From assembly GCA_023920165.1 (NCBI GenBank), contig CP089279.1, positions 248,001-312,000 of the forward strand: 64,000 nucleotides of DNA, read 5' to 3'. The notes beneath the pieces were generated by a model that saw nothing but the letters and a program-made list of their open reading frames with translations, made no database searches and was not told where the DNA came from. Both the position numbers and the translations under genes were made by a program. The DNA comes from Curvularia clavata (lineage: Eukaryota). This document shows, in pieces, positions 61,346 through 64,000 of this stretch (position 1 is the stretch's first letter; the number at the start of each line of letters is the position of its first letter).

Positions 61346-64000
61346 ATGGACGACTTCAAGCCCGAGCTGCTCAAGGCGCTCCTAGACTGGGTACGCCTCT
61401 TTCACGTCTTAGGCCCGTTTCGAGCAGTGCCCAGCTGATGCTTATTTTTTCTTGCTGCAGGTCAATACCTTCGACCTGCCCTATAGAATCACCTCGCTGA
61501 GCCAGCTCGAAGACGGCCAGATACTCTGGCAAATCCTCGCCGACATCGACGCCGACTACTTCAACGAGTCGCTGCCCAATTTTGAAGAAAACCACCGCCG
61601 CCAGTCGGACAATTGGATCCCACGATGGCAGAATCTCAAGCACATCGAGCGCACTACCTCGACATATATCCGCGAAGAATGCGAGCAGCTGCCCGTCCTC
61701 ACAAAACGCATGATACCAGACCTCAAGACAGGTGCAAGAGATGGATCCACCATGCTCGTCGCAAAGCTGACAATGGCCGTGCTGCTCGCTGCCTGCTTCT
61801 CACCCCGCAGCAACCAGCGAATGCTCCAGGTCATGCCCAAACTCGGCACCAAGACGGCTGAAACCATTGCCGAAGCCATTCAGGAAATGCAGGCCCTCGA
61901 CCAGCGCATGTCGGAACTCGGCGTCGATGCAGAGTTGACTTCGGACCCCATCCTCCCCGGCTATCGGACGCCCACCCGCGCAGCCTCTGGCCAACCACCC
62001 GCCCCAAGCAACGAACTTGAGCAGGAAGCACAGCTTTTTGAGGCCAACAAGGACCGACAGGCATTGAAGGTGCAAGTTGCGAAGCTCAGCGAGGAGCTCA
62101 AGGCTTCGCGAGAGCGCATAGCCAAGCTCGAGGAGGAAGTTGCCGAAGCAAGCGCCTACCTCGATGTCCGCGCTGGTCAAGCACAGCGAGCAGAGTCGGA
62201 TGATGTCGAAAACCTACGCAATGACTTGCTGCGCGACCGCCAGTACATTGATCAGCTTGAGCAGGACCTGGCTAGTGCGAGGGAGATTATGGACAGCCAG
62301 AAGCGCCGCCTCGATCGGTTACAGGCCGAGGAGGGATCAAAACAAGAGCTGCGTGACCAGCTACAAGTAATCAAGGCGGAGCGCGACGAGCTGAGCCAAA
62401 AGGCGAAAGCAAACGAAAATCTCAAGAAGAAAATCGAGTCACTGACCAAGGAGACGAAGCAATTAGAGGCCCTGCGGGAAGACCACCAACAAGCACGTGA
62501 GCGGCTGGCACAACTGGAGAATGTCGAGGAGAGAATTGAGGTTCTGCAAAATATCATCAAGGAGAACGGCCAAACACTGGCTAATGGCGAGCAAGCCATC
62601 TTCGAAGAGAAGGGTAAGCGGACACGAGTCGAGCACGAAAACCTGATGCTCATGAAGCAACTGGAGCAAACACGCGAGCTGCAATACAAGGCCGAGGATG
62701 CTAAACAAGAGCTCGAGGAGCGAATTCGTGAGCTGGAGTCGGCAAACCATGCGGACCGTGGCGACACCCTGGAAGACGAGCTCTCACAAGACGACAACGC
62801 AAACCAAGAATCAGAAGTAAAGCACACAGAAGGACGCATCAGCGCAGACGCCATTGCTTTGCAACAAAGAGTCGACATTCTCACTGCCCGGTTAAAGTCC
62901 CTGGAAACCGAGACGCTCAAGCAGATGCAGGAAAACCTGGGTCTGCGATCTGATATGATGGCGGAGAAGGATGAGAACAGTCAAAAGTAAGACAATGGTT
63001 GTAAATGCTTTGTTACAACGCTGACATAGTCTCGAACAGGCCCTTCCTTGAGCAGAACGAGAAACTCCAGACAGCTCAGGCAGAACTCGAGGAACTTCGC
63101 CGACGGTTACGAGAGCAGGACCTTCAGATGGCTGAGCTTCGTAACGAATTGAACAGGAGTATGTGACTTGACTTTTTTACAGTAAAACAAACAAGCCAAG
63201 CTAACTTCTCGGTAGAAGCTGATATTGATGACGATGTCCGCGCGGCCAGTATGCAGAAGGAGCATGAACGTCTGCTAGTACTGCAAGAGAGAACCAACGA
63301 CCGACTGCGGGAATTGGAACTTGCAAATGCAGAAAAGGCAGGCCTTTTGCGAGCAGCGTTGCTCGACCGCGAGAACCTCCCGCCAGAACTCCTCGAGCTC
63401 AAGCGGGCAGAGACAATACAGCAAATGCGTGAACGGATAGAGTCAGTTATTAAGGCACCTCCAGAAACACAACCCAAAGTTCTGGACGCGACCAGCTCAG
63501 AGATCGCCGAGACTGTACTCTCGTCGGAAGCGGCCCTGGACAAAGCGAAGAAGGTAAGCAATGAACAGGTCTCTCATGCCAAATCGCCTTCCTCAGCCTT
63601 TGACGCTGCTGTCACTACCATGAAACGATATCGACTTGAGTCTTCGTTTACTCTTGGTACTCCGGTGTTTTCAGCTTCGGCGCAGAGAAGCCACCCTGGG
63701 AAGAAGAAATCGCCCTCCGAGGAGTCTACTTGGACGACGGTCACGGGACAAACTGCACTGGATCGTATGGCGCGGGCAGCCTTGCTGGAGATGAGCAAGC
63801 CGTCAGCAACGTACGATACCGAGTACTACATGGAAGATCCACTTAGTGACTATGTGGCAAGTTTGTCCCTGGCTTGGCTGCCTGAGTATACTTGTCTTGG
63901 CGACATTCATTTTCTTCTCCATCCTCGCACTGCGTTCAAGAGCCTAGGCTGACTGGCATAAACAGGACCTTCAAGAACAGCTCGACATGAACGAATCACT
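61346..64000 (+). CDS. Hook-family dynein cargo adaptor (runs off the window)
   Basis: N-terminal Hook domain (ALLDWVNTF...SLSQLEDGQILWQILADID...WIPRWQNLKHI) followed by long coiled coils. Introns 61391-61460, 62987-63039, 63159-63215 and 63554-63965. Confidence 0.88.

Overview
This is eukaryotic, intron-rich fungal DNA (GT-AG introns with CTRAC branch points). Gene content suggests a filamentous ascomycete, probably Dothideomycetes/Pleosporales, but that is an inference. About 25 protein-coding loci can be built by hand: a Su(z)12-like VEFS protein, an F-box/LRR protein, a WW-domain Gly/Gln-rich protein, POP8, a long coiled-coil protein, RVB2, a LicD/MNN4-like protein, a UBL-WLM protease, an Old Yellow Enzyme, MSS1, MAK16, an STL1-like transporter, HUS1, a PTH11-like receptor, a HET-domain protein, RNH201, an SDR, a PUF protein, a secreted I9-type inhibitor, a Hook-like adaptor and a few orphans. 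There are also two tandem intron-containing tRNA genes and an intronic box C/D snoRNA. I found no recognisable transposon or CRISPR array. The most interesting signals lie outside the ORF track: (1) an apparently standalone transcription unit whose first ORF is a 19-aa peptide, MSPPNPQEDSANLGRGGYN; (2) a structured, ORF-poor 3.7 kb gap between convergent genes, containing a compact H-type pseudoknot next to an Sm-like site; (3) a double-guide snoRNA in MAK16; (4) a structured 309-nt intron in MSS1; (5) a probable dicistronic tRNA-Arg/tRNA-Gly unit; (6) a PHD finger spliced onto the Su(z)12-like protein; (7) a 412-nt Hook intron that stays open in frame. All gene models and structures were read by eye and have not been checked computationally.
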